DNA from: a candidate division WS6 bacterium GW2011_GWF2_39_15
Lineage (GTDB): Bacteria; Patescibacteriota; Dojkabacteria; SC72
Direction: 5' to 3'
Assembly (NCBI GenBank): GCA_000993565.1
Contig: LBWK01000001.1
Coordinates: 492,208 to 556,207, forward strand
Length of the DNA: 64,000 bases
Of the stretch, positions 38,820 to 48,463 are shown piece after piece. A model generated the notes under the pieces. The model searched no databases and was not told where the DNA came from. It was given only the letters and a program-made list of their open reading frames with translations. The position numbers and the translations under genes were made by a program. The number at the start of each line of letters is the position of its first letter. Within the stretch, counting starts at the first letter, position 1.

Positions 38820-39683
38820 ATGCATAGGACTTTTGAAAATCCCTCTTTTTCTGATCTGAGTGCTATATACAACTCAATAACATCGGAAAAAGGAAACGAA
38901 CAAAATGAGCTTCTTGAGAGGATTCAAACTGCCGGCATAATGCCTGTTATTGATCCGGAAGAAGCTTTTAAAGATATTGGGGAAACAATAGAAAAAGTGC
39001 GTGCTCTTGAAGGTTTAGCTGGTGTCGTACTAGTCGGAGGGTCAACAAGCACTGAAGGAGAAACTGAGACAGTAGTTGCAGCATTAAGAGGAAGTATAGA
39101 GAGTAGAGGTGCTTCCATTAAGTTAATTGGCTTTCCGGGAAGAAAAGATCAGGTTGTACAAGGTCTCCATGGTCTTCTCTTTCTCTACCCTCCTCAGCTC
39201 CAAACCGTCTTTTTAGGAGATCCCCAACGAGCAGGCTTTCTAGTTGAAGAGGCCATTGGTATTAGAGAAAGGCAAAAGAAGCTCGGAATTTCGGTTATAC
39301 CGACAACGTATATTCTCTTTGGAGGCGGCAGACAGTCTTCAGTGGTAGAACAGACAAAAATATCTCCAATCAGGGTCTCTCCAGGGTATGAAATCGATGA
39401 AGTATGGAAAGAAGCAAGTTCCTATATTGAAAAAGGGCTTGTATTTTTAGAAGGAGGTTCGGGATCTGCATTTGCAAACTTAGGTCCAATTGCACAACTT
39501 ACATATAAGAAAACGGGAATACTACCAATTGTTAGCGGAGGAATATCCCTCCCGAACCATGTTTCTGAGATTACCTCTTACGGAAAGTTTCCTCTGGGGC
39601 TGGGTTCTTTAATTGAAAGAACCGATGTTGATAATGTTCAGCATGTTTACCAAGAGATGATAAATAGTTATACTCCTGATTGA
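38820..39683 (+). CDS. PcrB/GGGPS-family prenyltransferase (geranylgeranyl-/heptaprenyl-glyceryl phosphate synthase fold)
   Basis: 287 aa. VVLVGGSTSTEG...IKLIGFPGRKDQVVQGLHGLLFL...VFLEGGSGSAFANLG...ILPIVSGGIS matches the PcrB TIM-barrel motif order (GGS...FPG...LEaGSGa...GGGI). Confidence 0.55.
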   Translation: MHRTFENPSFSDLSAIYNSITSEKGNEQNELLERIQTAGIMPVIDPEEAFKDIGETIEKVRALEGLAGVVLVGGSTSTEGETETVVAALRGSIESRGASIKLIGFPGRKDQVVQGLHGLLFLYPPQLQTVFLGDPQRAGFLVEEAIGIRERQKKLGISVIPTTYILFGGGRQSSVVEQTKISPIRVSPGYEIDEVWKEASSYIEKGLVFLEGGSGSAFANLGPIAQLTYKKTGILPIVSGGISLPNHVSEITSYGKFPLGLGSLIERTDVDNVQHVYQEMINSYTPD

Positions 39684-39697
39684 ATCCTACATCCAAA

Positions 39698-39745
39698 GTC
39701 AGCTAATTAATAACCTCTGCTGACCGTAAAGTTATTAATAATTTT
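39698..39745. terminator. Putative bidirectional intrinsic terminator between convergent genes
   Basis: GTCAGC...GCTGAC stem (39698-39724) nested in an AT-rich inverted repeat AATTAATAAC/GTTATTAAT, followed by a TTTTT run. Confidence 0.35.
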
Positions 39746-40758
39746 TACGGATGAACACCGGAATCGTCCTCGATAAGGATTTCGTACGGGCAGCCAGGCC
39801 AGATATCTTTGGATTCAGCATATATTGATGACTTACCTTTAAAAGCCTCCCAATCCGCCATCATATTTCTAACTTGTTGTTTATAGGTTTCAATGAGTGA
39901 AGGGTCAAAGAATTTAAACGGGCAGTAGTGACTGTCAATTTCATCGGAATACTCATTTACCATAAGCTCTACCCTTCCAATACCCGCGGCCCATGTTCCC
40001 GCAGTTCCCAGTGTCTGGCCTGCCTTAACACTATCACCCTTTTTTAGTGTTACATTTTTCACATGATCGTAAATAACTGCATAACGTGATCTTGCTGAAG
40101 GGCTTGTCATTATTTCATAGTCTTTTGTATCTGTTTGAAACCTAAGGTCTGTAATTATTCCATCCGCAGCGACAAAAACTTTTGCATTTGGATCAGTGCG
40201 ATACTCAAAAGTAGGGAGAAGCTTCCAGTCACCAGTGGAACTTTTTACTCTGGCACCGAATTCCAAAAAGACTTTGTCCTCAGACGATTTAAAAACAAAA
40301 GCTCCGGCTTTTCCGGTTCTGGAATTGTAGCGAGCAAACTCTACTACCAAATTTTTTATAACTGGCGGTTTTATATCTTCAACCAGGTTTTCTATGATCG
40401 GCAGGTTATCCTCTTTAACTTCCTCGGACTTGGGAGTCCAGACGTTTTCAGAGCAATTGCTTTTAATCCAATCTACTTCTTTTGTGTTAAGTTCCCAGGA
40501 ATTATCGTCGCCTTTGCTTCCATACGTCTTTCCATCTTCTTCATACATTTTATACGGGCAAAAATACTCAAACTTTTTTGTCTCTTGTTCTGTGTTTTTA
40601 TTTGAGCTGGAGTTTTTTGAATTAGAATTAACAATCAACATGTAAACACAGACTCCGACAGTAACTACTAACAAAGCGGAAAGACCAACGGCTATTACCT
40701 TATTTGCTTTCACCAAGTCCGCTATTTTCCTAAGGGTGTTTTTTACTTTTTCCATCAA
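39745..40758 (-). CDS. Membrane-anchored protein with a degenerate LytM/M23-like domain, paralogous in architecture to 20081..21484
   Basis: 337 aa. Signal-anchor VIAVGLSALLVVTVGVCVYMLIV. The C-terminus VFVAADGIITDL...YAVIYDHVKNVTLKKGDSVKAGQTLGTAGTWAAGIGRVELMVNE shows the same M23-like pattern without HxH. Confidence 0.45.
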   Translation of the reverse strand: MMEKVKNTLRKIADLVKANKVIAVGLSALLVVTVGVCVYMLIVNSNSKNSSSNKNTEQETKKFEYFCPYKMYEEDGKTYGSKGDDNSWELNTKEVDWIKSNCSENVWTPKSEEVKEDNLPIIENLVEDIKPPVIKNLVVEFARYNSRTGKAGAFVFKSSEDKVFLEFGARVKSSTGDWKLLPTFEYRTDPNAKVFVAADGIITDLRFQTDTKDYEIMTSPSARSRYAVIYDHVKNVTLKKGDSVKAGQTLGTAGTWAAGIGRVELMVNEYSDEIDSHYCPFKFFDPSLIETYKQQVRNMMADWEAFKGKSSIYAESKDIWPGCPYEILIEDDSGVHP

Positions 40759-40854
40759 TAGTCATTGTAGCATAGTGCCAGAATTAACAACCAAGGTTGG
40801 ATTTTAAAAATATCACATCAGAAATTATAGCCAAAGAGGCTGTTACACCAACAT

Positions 40855-41264
40855 TGGTGGAGACGGTGGGAATTGAACCCACGTCCAAAAGTATTGTATT
40901 GTACCATTATACAAGCTTATCCTGTCTTAATTTACCAAGAATATCTAAAGACAAGAAGAACAATATTCCTGACCGATAAAATGTTCATCAAATTCAGCTT
41001 ATCGGAAACCGAAAATGATATACCCTGATAACGTCCGACTACTAACCCTGATCAGGGGCAAGATTAATAATCGTTAGTCTAAATAAGACTAAACTAACCT
41101 AAATAAGAGAAACTAAGTGAAGAGGTTAATCTTGCACCTAACTCCTGTACCTTACTTAAGAAAGTGTTAACTGTATTTTTTGCAGTTATCTTGTTGTTTT
41201 TGAAGAGCTACAACTCTGCTTGTGATACATATACTCTAACCTCTGTCGAATGCCTTACGTCCCC
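40855..41264 (-). ncRNA. ssrA: tmRNA (ssrA), about 410 nt, standard one-piece form. Its tRNA-like domain is formed by the 5' and 3' ends
   Basis: The minus-strand RNA starts GGGGACGUAAGGCAUUCGACAGAGG (compare E. coli GGGGCUGAUUCUGGAUUCGACGGG). It ends GGACGUGGGUUCAAUUCCCACCGUCUCCACCA (compare E. coli GGACGCGGGUUCAACUCCCGCCAGCUCCACCA). The 5' GGGGACG pairs with the 3' CGUCUCC, followed by ACCA. No ORF occupies this 440-nt gap. The tag reading frame was not resolved: the candidate from GCA at about nt 82 does not end in the canonical Ala-Ala. Confidence 0.85.
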
Positions 41265-41294
41265 ATTTACACTTATATTATACCATAAATAGGG

Positions 41295-42089
41295 CTAAAT
41301 TTCTTTGTAGTATGATTTTTTTGCAACATAGTCAAAAAAATCAACGCCTTCTATGATAGCTTCCTGTGTAGTTCCTTTGGGAAAGAATAGATCAAACCGC
41401 CCGGCTGGTGTCACAAAAGGATTACCTCCCATATGGCATGGGTAGCCAATTACTTTGTCCTCCATCACATCATATTCTTCACATCCGGTTTTAGACCCGA
41501 GATATACATAATTAAGCCAATATCCTGCAGGATACTGTGTAGAAGCAGCCTCACTCTTTGTGTATTTCTGGCGACCAAGCGTTTGTGTAGTAGTTATACT
41601 GCCATCCTTCTTCTGTCCGGTTTTCAGAGTAACGACCTCAGTCCCTACTTTATCAAGAAGGGTTGAGTATGCCTCTCCATAGCTGTATGTCAAATACAGT
41701 TTTGCCGTCTTGTACTTCATAACAATATCCTCGCACTTTTTGTTCTCATTCTCAAAACTCACATCTTTAGAATCTTCGTAAACAATATACATTGTAGGAG
41801 TTTTCCCTGCGGTATCGGCATAAACCCATTCAGGGCACGCGAATTCTTTTGTTATAATCTCTGGTTCCTCAGGAGGGGTTACTTCCTCCCCGTCTCCATC
41901 CTGTTCAGTTTCAGACGGAGTATCTTGAGCCTGCTCTGTATCACTGTCATCTATTTTATTCTGGTTCTGCAACTGTTCATATTTCGCCTTCTCACGGAAA
42001 TACAGGTATCCAAACGTTGCGGTTGAAACAATAGCAAGAAGGAAAAGGCCGGTAAGGAGAATTATTAAAACTTTTACTTTAGGTTCCAT
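41295..42089 (-). CDS. Hypothetical secreted protein with an N-terminal anchor and an acidic linker
   Basis: 264 aa. TM is VLIILLTGLFLLAIVSTATFGYLYF, followed by a DSDTEQAQDTPSETEQDGDGEE linker. Confidence 0.5.
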   Translation of the reverse strand: MEPKVKVLIILLTGLFLLAIVSTATFGYLYFREKAKYEQLQNQNKIDDSDTEQAQDTPSETEQDGDGEEVTPPEEPEIITKEFACPEWVYADTAGKTPTMYIVYEDSKDVSFENENKKCEDIVMKYKTAKLYLTYSYGEAYSTLLDKVGTEVVTLKTGQKKDGSITTTQTLGRQKYTKSEAASTQYPAGYWLNYVYLGSKTGCEEYDVMEDKVIGYPCHMGGNPFVTPAGRFDLFFPKGTTQEAIIEGVDFFDYVAKKSYYKEI

Positions 42090-42152
42090 GAGAGTAGATA
42101 TTATTTTATCTATAGAAATAGTATATAGAGGTTTCGGGAGAATAACAAATTG

Positions 42153-43445
42153 CTACTCTTCCCAATCTATCTTTGCTCCGAGTTTCTGCAGGTTTTCTAT
42201 AAAGTTCGGGTGTGCTCTTTTAATACTGTCTGCAAAGTTAACCTTACTCTCGCCTTCAATTGAGAGAGCTACCATAGTTAATGCAATAGCTGCTCTAATT
42301 ATATTGGGTGCGTTTGTCACCGCCGGCGAAAGAGGCCTTCCCCCAAATACGATAACTCTGTGCGGATCAGCAAGTATAATCTCTGATCCAAACTTCATAA
42401 GTTCCTGTATCCAGAAAAAGCCTCCTTCATACACTTTATTCCAAAACATGATTTCCCCTTTCGATTTAACCGAAAGAGCTATCATCAGAGGAAGCAGATC
42501 AACAGGAAAATACGGCCAGGGAGCTGCTTCAATTTTAGGGAGCATATTTTCAGTAAAGGGTCTTTGAATCTTAAGTTTCTGATTCTTTCTTACTATGGCA
42601 GTCTCTCCCTCGTACTCAATCTCCACTCCTAGTTTGGCAAACGAGTTCTTTATTAGTGGAAAGTGCTGCGGAATAGCATCATGGACACGAATTTCTCCAC
42701 CGGTCATCGCTCCAAGGGCAAGCATTGTCGTTATCTCATGATGATCTGAGGTTATCGTGAATTCTCCTCCTCCCAGACTCTCAACTCCATCAATTTCCAA
42801 AACACTGGTTCCTATCCCTGTTATTTTTGCCCCTAAGCCGTTTAAGAAATTACATAGGTCCTGAACATGTGGCTCACTTGCTGCGTTCACTAATTTTGAT
42901 CTTCCAGAAGCTAGTACGGCAGCATTTATAAAGTTCTCAGTAGCTGTGACACTCATGTAATCCGGCCAAAGCCCGTTGCCTACGAATCTTTCCTGGATAC
43001 TAAACTTCATAACACTTCCATAACTCACCTTCGTTCCTAATGCTTTTAATGCATCTATATGCGGATCAATCTCACGGATGCCTAATGAGCATCCTCCGAT
43101 CTCATTCTTCATCTGAAGTTTTTTCATTCTATACAAAAGAGGAGAAAAGAGAAGAAGCGAACCTCTCATCCCTATAGGGAAATCCCCGTCGAACAGATCT
43201 TTCCTAATGTCTTTATTATTTATTTCCAACCGGCATTTCATTTTATCCCACTCTATTTTTGATCCAATAGACTTGAGCTGTTCAACCAGCTTATTTACAT
43301 CGGTTAAATCCGGCACATTGTTCAGAACAACAGTCTCATTTGTAAGAATGGTTGAGCAGAGAATCGGCAGTACAGAGTTCTTATTCCCGGATGGAGTAAT
43401 GTCACCGTTCAAAGGGTTTCCCCCATGTATAATAATGTTGGACAT
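42153..43445 (-). CDS. murA: UDP-N-acetylglucosamine 1-carboxyvinyltransferase
   Basis: 430 aa. IIIHGGNPLNGDITPSGNKNSVLPILCSTILTNETVVLNNVPDLTDV is the MurA N-terminal block. Full-length EPSP-synthase-fold protein. Confidence 0.9.
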   Translation of the reverse strand: MSNIIIHGGNPLNGDITPSGNKNSVLPILCSTILTNETVVLNNVPDLTDVNKLVEQLKSIGSKIEWDKMKCRLEINNKDIRKDLFDGDFPIGMRGSLLLFSPLLYRMKKLQMKNEIGGCSLGIREIDPHIDALKALGTKVSYGSVMKFSIQERFVGNGLWPDYMSVTATENFINAAVLASGRSKLVNAASEPHVQDLCNFLNGLGAKITGIGTSVLEIDGVESLGGGEFTITSDHHEITTMLALGAMTGGEIRVHDAIPQHFPLIKNSFAKLGVEIEYEGETAIVRKNQKLKIQRPFTENMLPKIEAAPWPYFPVDLLPLMIALSVKSKGEIMFWNKVYEGGFFWIQELMKFGSEIILADPHRVIVFGGRPLSPAVTNAPNIIRAAIALTMVALSIEGESKVNFADSIKRAHPNFIENLQKLGAKIDWEE

Positions 43446-43461
43446 ATAATTTAGTATAAAC

Positions 43462-44289
43462 TTATTTAAATCCCCTTATATACTCAAATAGCATCTGTCC
43501 TGCCCACCCCCCTACTCCATTAAAATACCTTGAAACCCAGTCCTGCATCTCATTGTACCGCATACTCTCATCAAGGTTATAATATCTGGAAAGGATTCTT
43601 TTTCCCCACACATCCAGGGGCATTATATGATCATGTTTAAGAGAATATAGAAGGATACAATCGGCAACCTTATCCCCTATTCCTTTATTCGCAATTAAGA
43701 GTTCTTTCGCCTGCTCATAATCCATATTTTCTATATTTTCAAAATCTCTTTTTACAAACCTATTGGCAGCTTCCAAAATATATCCGGCTCTAAACCCTAC
43801 CCCGCTGCTTAATAGTTTTTCTTTTGAAGTTACGGATATACTTTCAAGTTTAGGGAAAAGCTTAACGGTTTTTCCATTTACAGAAATTTCTTCACCATAC
43901 ATCTCCCGAAGGTTTCTAATGCTTTTCCTAATTGCCTTTACACTTTTATTTGATGAGCATAGAAACCCGAGAAGTGTATCCTGAAAATCCTGCGAGAGAA
44001 GCCTTAAACCCGGAAACCTGTCCTTGGCTTTGCCTATATATTCATCCTCCGGAAACTTCTTTAAAATACCCCTATAATTAACATCAAGACGAAGATATTT
44101 AGTGAGATATGCTATATCGTCCTTAACCGGGTATGTCTGCCATAGGATATGGTCTTGCTCCCTTTTGATTTCTATATATCTTTGAGAGGTAAAACCTTTA
44201 AACAAACCCTCTTCATAATCCCAGGAGAAAGATTGACCCCCAAGAAAGGTTGTATAGAAATCGAAATCAAGGACGAACAGTTTGTTCAT
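43462..44289 (-). CDS. HhH-GPD-family DNA glycosylase/AP lyase, 8-oxoguanine glycosylase-like
   Basis: 275 aa. Helix-hairpin-helix plus catalytic Lys/Asp region LIANKGIGDKVADCILLYSLKHDHIMPLDVWGKRIL. Confidence 0.7.
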   Translation of the reverse strand: MNKLFVLDFDFYTTFLGGQSFSWDYEEGLFKGFTSQRYIEIKREQDHILWQTYPVKDDIAYLTKYLRLDVNYRGILKKFPEDEYIGKAKDRFPGLRLLSQDFQDTLLGFLCSSNKSVKAIRKSIRNLREMYGEEISVNGKTVKLFPKLESISVTSKEKLLSSGVGFRAGYILEAANRFVKRDFENIENMDYEQAKELLIANKGIGDKVADCILLYSLKHDHIMPLDVWGKRILSRYYNLDESMRYNEMQDWVSRYFNGVGGWAGQMLFEYIRGFK

Positions 44290-44380
44290 ATTTAATTATA
44301 CTATTAAGATAGTAGTGTCATCTATTTCTTCCTCACATTAGGAATTTCTTATTAAATCTGTCTACGATATAATATAGGTT

Positions 44381-45313
44381 ATGCCGATTAGATATGGACA
44401 AGGGAATAAAAGTGGTTGCTCCAAGTTTATTAGCTCAGCTTTCACTGCTGCAATACTTGTAGGCCTACAAATCGCTTCACAAAAGGCCTCCGAACACCGA
44501 TATGAAGTACCTCTCACTTCTACCCTAGTTCCAGACTATTCGTTTCTGTACACGCCAACTCCTGAAATTGCTACCTATCCGCAAGTTGAAATTGTAGAAG
44601 CAAATGGAGACTGGCTTTCTCATACTGACACTGTAAAAACATCCGGCCTAACTTTGCAACAACAGGCTGTTGCTCCAGATGTGATACATAATATTATTGA
44701 ACCTGCACTTTCAGAGTTCTCACCCACCTTTTACCGGAATCTAAACGTCTTAAACCCTCAAATACTTCTCTCCTCAACCATTATGGTATACGACGAGAAG
44801 GCACAGGAATGGGTACAGGCCGGAGGGGTTAGTACCAATATTGATGGGAAGCCTGCGATAATTTTGGATATCAATTATCTCAATAAAAGCGTTATTGTAC
44901 ATGAATTATCACACATGGCCTTTAATAATTTAACTTATGTGCCAGAAGGGACCGCCGAGTCATTGCTACATCCAACATTTGATCAAATCACTTCTGAAGC
45001 AGGATTAATCTATCACAACGAGTGGTCAATTACAGATAGTTTTGGGTGTACAACAGTAGATCCTGTCGGTTTTGAAAGCTGTTACGGCTCAAGTGACTGG
45101 TATGAAGACGAGGCAACTATTGCAACCTCCCTCTTTGCTGGAGATAAGTACTTTTATGAAAGAATGGCAGATGATGACGTATTAAGAGAGAAAGCAAACA
45201 CTATCATCGAATTCTATACGTATGTAAGCGGCGGAGAGATGAATAGAGATTTCTTTGAAAGAATTCGAAGAAGCAAAACCTCCCCTTTACGTCCCATTCT
45301 TCTCCCCTACTAA
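44381..45313 (+). CDS. Secreted protein with an HExxH zinc-metallopeptidase motif
   Basis: 310 aa. N-terminal hydrophobic anchor; VIVHELSHMAFNN. Confidence 0.45.
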   Translation: MPIRYGQGNKSGCSKFISSAFTAAILVGLQIASQKASEHRYEVPLTSTLVPDYSFLYTPTPEIATYPQVEIVEANGDWLSHTDTVKTSGLTLQQQAVAPDVIHNIIEPALSEFSPTFYRNLNVLNPQILLSSTIMVYDEKAQEWVQAGGVSTNIDGKPAIILDINYLNKSVIVHELSHMAFNNLTYVPEGTAESLLHPTFDQITSEAGLIYHNEWSITDSFGCTTVDPVGFESCYGSSDWYEDEATIATSLFAGDKYFYERMADDDVLREKANTIIEFYTYVSGGEMNRDFFERIRRSKTSPLRPILLPY

Positions 45314-45315
45314 AG

Positions 45316-45876
45316 TTAATCCTGTCTCCCTTCTACAAGAGCAAGTATTATTGATGAGACAAGAACTAATCTCTTATCCACGCTATCGCTTAGAATATCT
45401 ACATCAAGTTTATATACAAATGGATTAAATCTCTGCTTAAGATCGGCAACCTTGTTACTCCCCAACATATAATCATAGTTCTGAGGAATCAGGTTCAGAA
45501 GGAATCTTCTAATAACCGCTAGTCCCATTGAATCTTCAAGCATAACACCAACCTCTTTATCACTCTCGTCCAATACGATCCATTCATCTCTGAGTATGGA
45601 TTTCAGCCCTTTTCTTTTTACAGCCCCTAACAATTTCCCTGTCTGTGAGTCCCTAATATCATATGTTGCCGACAGATCAAGAATATTCCTAGCCTTAAGG
45701 CTGAGAACTTCATTCTTCATCTCTTTATCACTGAAGAATTTTAATTCCTCTCTTAACTTAAAAGCCTTCTGTTTAGCATAAAGAACAAGAGCTCCTTTTT
45801 CATCATATACTTCAAAGGTTGCTCCGAGAAATGAAACTATCTTCCTTCGTACAAGATATTTATTTGATTCAAACAT
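45316..45876 (-). CDS. Hypothetical protein, possibly a LURP-one/tubby-C-terminal-like fold
   Basis: 186 aa. Weak pattern match only. Confidence 0.35.
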   Translation of the reverse strand: MFESNKYLVRRKIVSFLGATFEVYDEKGALVLYAKQKAFKLREELKFFSDKEMKNEVLSLKARNILDLSATYDIRDSQTGKLLGAVKRKGLKSILRDEWIVLDESDKEVGVMLEDSMGLAVIRRFLLNLIPQNYDYMLGSNKVADLKQRFNPFVYKLDVDILSDSVDKRLVLVSSIILALVEGRQD

Positions 45877-45934
45877 TAGAACAAGTGGTTAAGTTATATA
45901 AACATAGTATCACTTAGAACCTAGTGTTACCAGA

Positions 45935-48406
45935 TTAAAACGGTCTTTCATCCGGAAATTTCCCAAACCAGGTATTAGTATCTTCAGGAGCCGCTTCTAC
46001 ATCCGAAGAAGGGACCACTTCAGAAATCACACTATCCTGATTTTCAAGAAGCGATTCTGCTTCTTCGGGAGGCTGGTCAGCATTCCTGAGAGAACGACCT
46101 TCAGCAAGAATCTTCTCATCTCTTTCCTTTGTGAACTTACGAAGTTGAGCTAAATGATAGCGTTTATTGCCTTTCTCGCTTAATAATCTGGCAATTAACT
46201 GAACCGCTTTGTAATACTCATAGCTATTATTATCGAAATAGCTCTCAATTATATATTTGATTTGATGATGGTTAATATCAATAAACTCAGGATGGTTGTA
46301 TCCTAACCTGTGGTACATAATAAACTGGGCGGTAAAAGGCATCTTTTTAATCTCCTTAAAGAGCTCTCTAAGTGAAAACGTTTTCAACACATGCTGCAAT
46401 TTCTGAGTTATTAAATCAAGTTTTTCACTCTCAGCTAATGGAGCAGGTTCCATCATTATCCTATCTCTTATTTCAGAAGCTTTCTCCACAGTTATATCAA
46501 TCCCACTCCTTTCAGCCGCCCTGTAAATTCTCGATAACACTACTTCAGAAGCTTCGTCTGAGGAGTCTGAGATCAAATGCGACATACCGTTCACCTCTTC
46601 TAAATCTTCTCCTGCAAGGGTAATTCGCATTTGCAAATCTGTGATCTCCCTGTCCAAAGGATTAATAGTTACTTCATCTGATAAGAGGCCATGTCTTTCA
46701 ATTGATGTGCTCCTCATTCTCCACGGACTTGGCTGAGCCCACTTAAGAGCTCTCCAGAGTTTAAGGGTTAGAATTGACGGCCTTTTCAAAAGCTTTTCTA
46801 AAATTCTCTTTCGCTCCTTTATGCGATGTATATCTTCCAGGCTTAAGTATGAGACAAGAGGCTCGCTTCTTTCTTTAAAGCCGAATCCTGGAAAGGCTAG
46901 TTGTACAATTCTTCCCCTTACTGGGAGATGCTCTTCGTAATTTTTTCTACCGGCAGCATTTCCCATGCCTTTCCCAAGCTCTTTCCTATACTCCTTTAAA
47001 GCCGACTCCTCCTTATGTCTACTATTGATTACATATCCGAAAGGATCCCTAAACCATATTATTTCCTGAAGAGTTTCAAAAGGTTCCGATGAGACGCTAT
47101 TCCAAGGGTATTCTTTAACTGCAGCAAGGTATCCTCTTTCAATATTAAAAATCGCAAGAAGCGATGAGACGATCTTAATATTCTTTTTTCTTCTCGTTAT
47201 ATACCCTTCTCCTAAATGCAGATCGGTATTAAGTTCTTCCAGAAACTTTAATACTCTCCCATCCTCCTTTTCTCCCAGAGACATTACGAGATATGATAAA
47301 AGATCACTCTCTTCAGGAATATGTTTTAACCAATGAGGCATTACATGTTCCTGATCAAAAACAGGAAGCCAAGGGGAAAGAAGGCTTCGAAGGTGGGCCA
47401 ACTCTTCCAGAGTTTCTCCCCTTCCATTCTTTATAGAGTACCGCTTAACTGATCTAGAAACTTCTCTAAGATCACTGATGTCAGAATGTCTTATAACCTC
47501 TTTCATAAAATCATCAGCTTTACGCATCCAGCCTCCAAAGACGAGTGCTTCTTTCGAGTAGTTAGACCTCTTTTTCCTCATCTCTTCCTGTGCAAGCGGG
47601 AGCTCTGTTTCATCCTCAATAAATTCATACCCATCATAAGCCTCTGTTTTCTTACCCTCCCCCCTCCTTACATTGTTTACAACTTTACGGCCTGGTGTTT
47701 CAACGATAGAAAGATATGTTTCAGATCCGTATTCAGAAGTTTCCGGCTTAATATTGTATGCATACTTACGATATATCTTTCCATTTTCCTCAACGTGATC
47801 AAAAATAGAAAAATAAATAGAGGCAATAACATCGTGTCCATCCTGAGTTTTATAATGTATCCAAAGATTTGCAGGGCATGCATCACACAGGATAACAGTA
47901 AAGGAATCTGCGTTGGGAATAAATAATTTATCATAAAGAACGGGGCCCAATACCGGACATATATCAGTAGGAGAATTTATAGACTGAGGAAGCTTAAAAG
48001 CAGGAAGATCAGAGAGAGTATCAATATCTATACTGCGATATCGTTCTCTAACCTCTCTTTCCTGAGCAACTTTCCATAGATTTTCTAAAAACTTTTGATA
48101 TTGATGATTCTCCATCCTATCCTTTAACCTGACTAAAGCTCCCTCACCTTCATCTACATTGGAATATCTATAAGTTTCTTTTCTCCCTCCATAAGGAGAA
48201 TATTCCTCATCAGCATCACGAACTTTATCTCCTATATCAACGGATTTATCAGAAAGATTTACAGCAGGAAATCCAAAAGCTTCCCTTGGGAAAGTTACCG
48301 CATATACATTACTCTCCTTTGAGATAGTTTCTATTGCTTCTTCAAGAGATACTAAATCAAAGTCCACCTCGAAAGGATTTTCCCTTTGCCCAAAGCTAGT
48401 ACTCAT
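45935..48406 (-). CDS. Large hypothetical cytoplasmic protein
   Basis: 823-aa uninterrupted ORF. Highly charged, no TM, no motif I recognise. Confidence 0.55.
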   Translation of the reverse strand: MSTSFGQRENPFEVDFDLVSLEEAIETISKESNVYAVTFPREAFGFPAVNLSDKSVDIGDKVRDADEEYSPYGGRKETYRYSNVDEGEGALVRLKDRMENHQYQKFLENLWKVAQEREVRERYRSIDIDTLSDLPAFKLPQSINSPTDICPVLGPVLYDKLFIPNADSFTVILCDACPANLWIHYKTQDGHDVIASIYFSIFDHVEENGKIYRKYAYNIKPETSEYGSETYLSIVETPGRKVVNNVRRGEGKKTEAYDGYEFIEDETELPLAQEEMRKKRSNYSKEALVFGGWMRKADDFMKEVIRHSDISDLREVSRSVKRYSIKNGRGETLEELAHLRSLLSPWLPVFDQEHVMPHWLKHIPEESDLLSYLVMSLGEKEDGRVLKFLEELNTDLHLGEGYITRRKKNIKIVSSLLAIFNIERGYLAAVKEYPWNSVSSEPFETLQEIIWFRDPFGYVINSRHKEESALKEYRKELGKGMGNAAGRKNYEEHLPVRGRIVQLAFPGFGFKERSEPLVSYLSLEDIHRIKERKRILEKLLKRPSILTLKLWRALKWAQPSPWRMRSTSIERHGLLSDEVTINPLDREITDLQMRITLAGEDLEEVNGMSHLISDSSDEASEVVLSRIYRAAERSGIDITVEKASEIRDRIMMEPAPLAESEKLDLITQKLQHVLKTFSLRELFKEIKKMPFTAQFIMYHRLGYNHPEFIDINHHQIKYIIESYFDNNSYEYYKAVQLIARLLSEKGNKRYHLAQLRKFTKERDEKILAEGRSLRNADQPPEEAESLLENQDSVISEVVPSSDVEAAPEDTNTWFGKFPDERPF

Positions 48407-48463
48407 ATAGCTAATTATACAGGATGCGGGAGAGCAAGCGAATTGGGAGTATAAGGCCTTTTG

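Noticed and set aside
40855-40930. tRNA-like 3' fragment with an intact T-arm/acceptor/CCA and a Cys-like ACA loop but a broken 5' acceptor strand. Considered as a pseudo-tRNA or an att-site duplicate marking an integrated element.
   Set aside because: The matching 5' acceptor strand (GGGGACG) lies about 400 nt away at 41258-41264, followed by the AUUCGAC tmRNA signature. This is the tRNA-like domain of tmRNA, not an integration scar.
40797-40979. 60-aa plus-strand ORF from the six-frame track.
   Set aside because: It overlaps the tmRNA 3' domain on the opposite strand, has no coding features, and is spurious.
41010-41110. Perfect palindromes CCCTGATCAGGG and TTAGTCTAAATAAGACTAA in a large intergenic gap. 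Considered as a standalone terminator or small ncRNA.
   Set aside because: They fall inside the tmRNA body and are most simply explained as tmRNA helices or pseudoknot stems.
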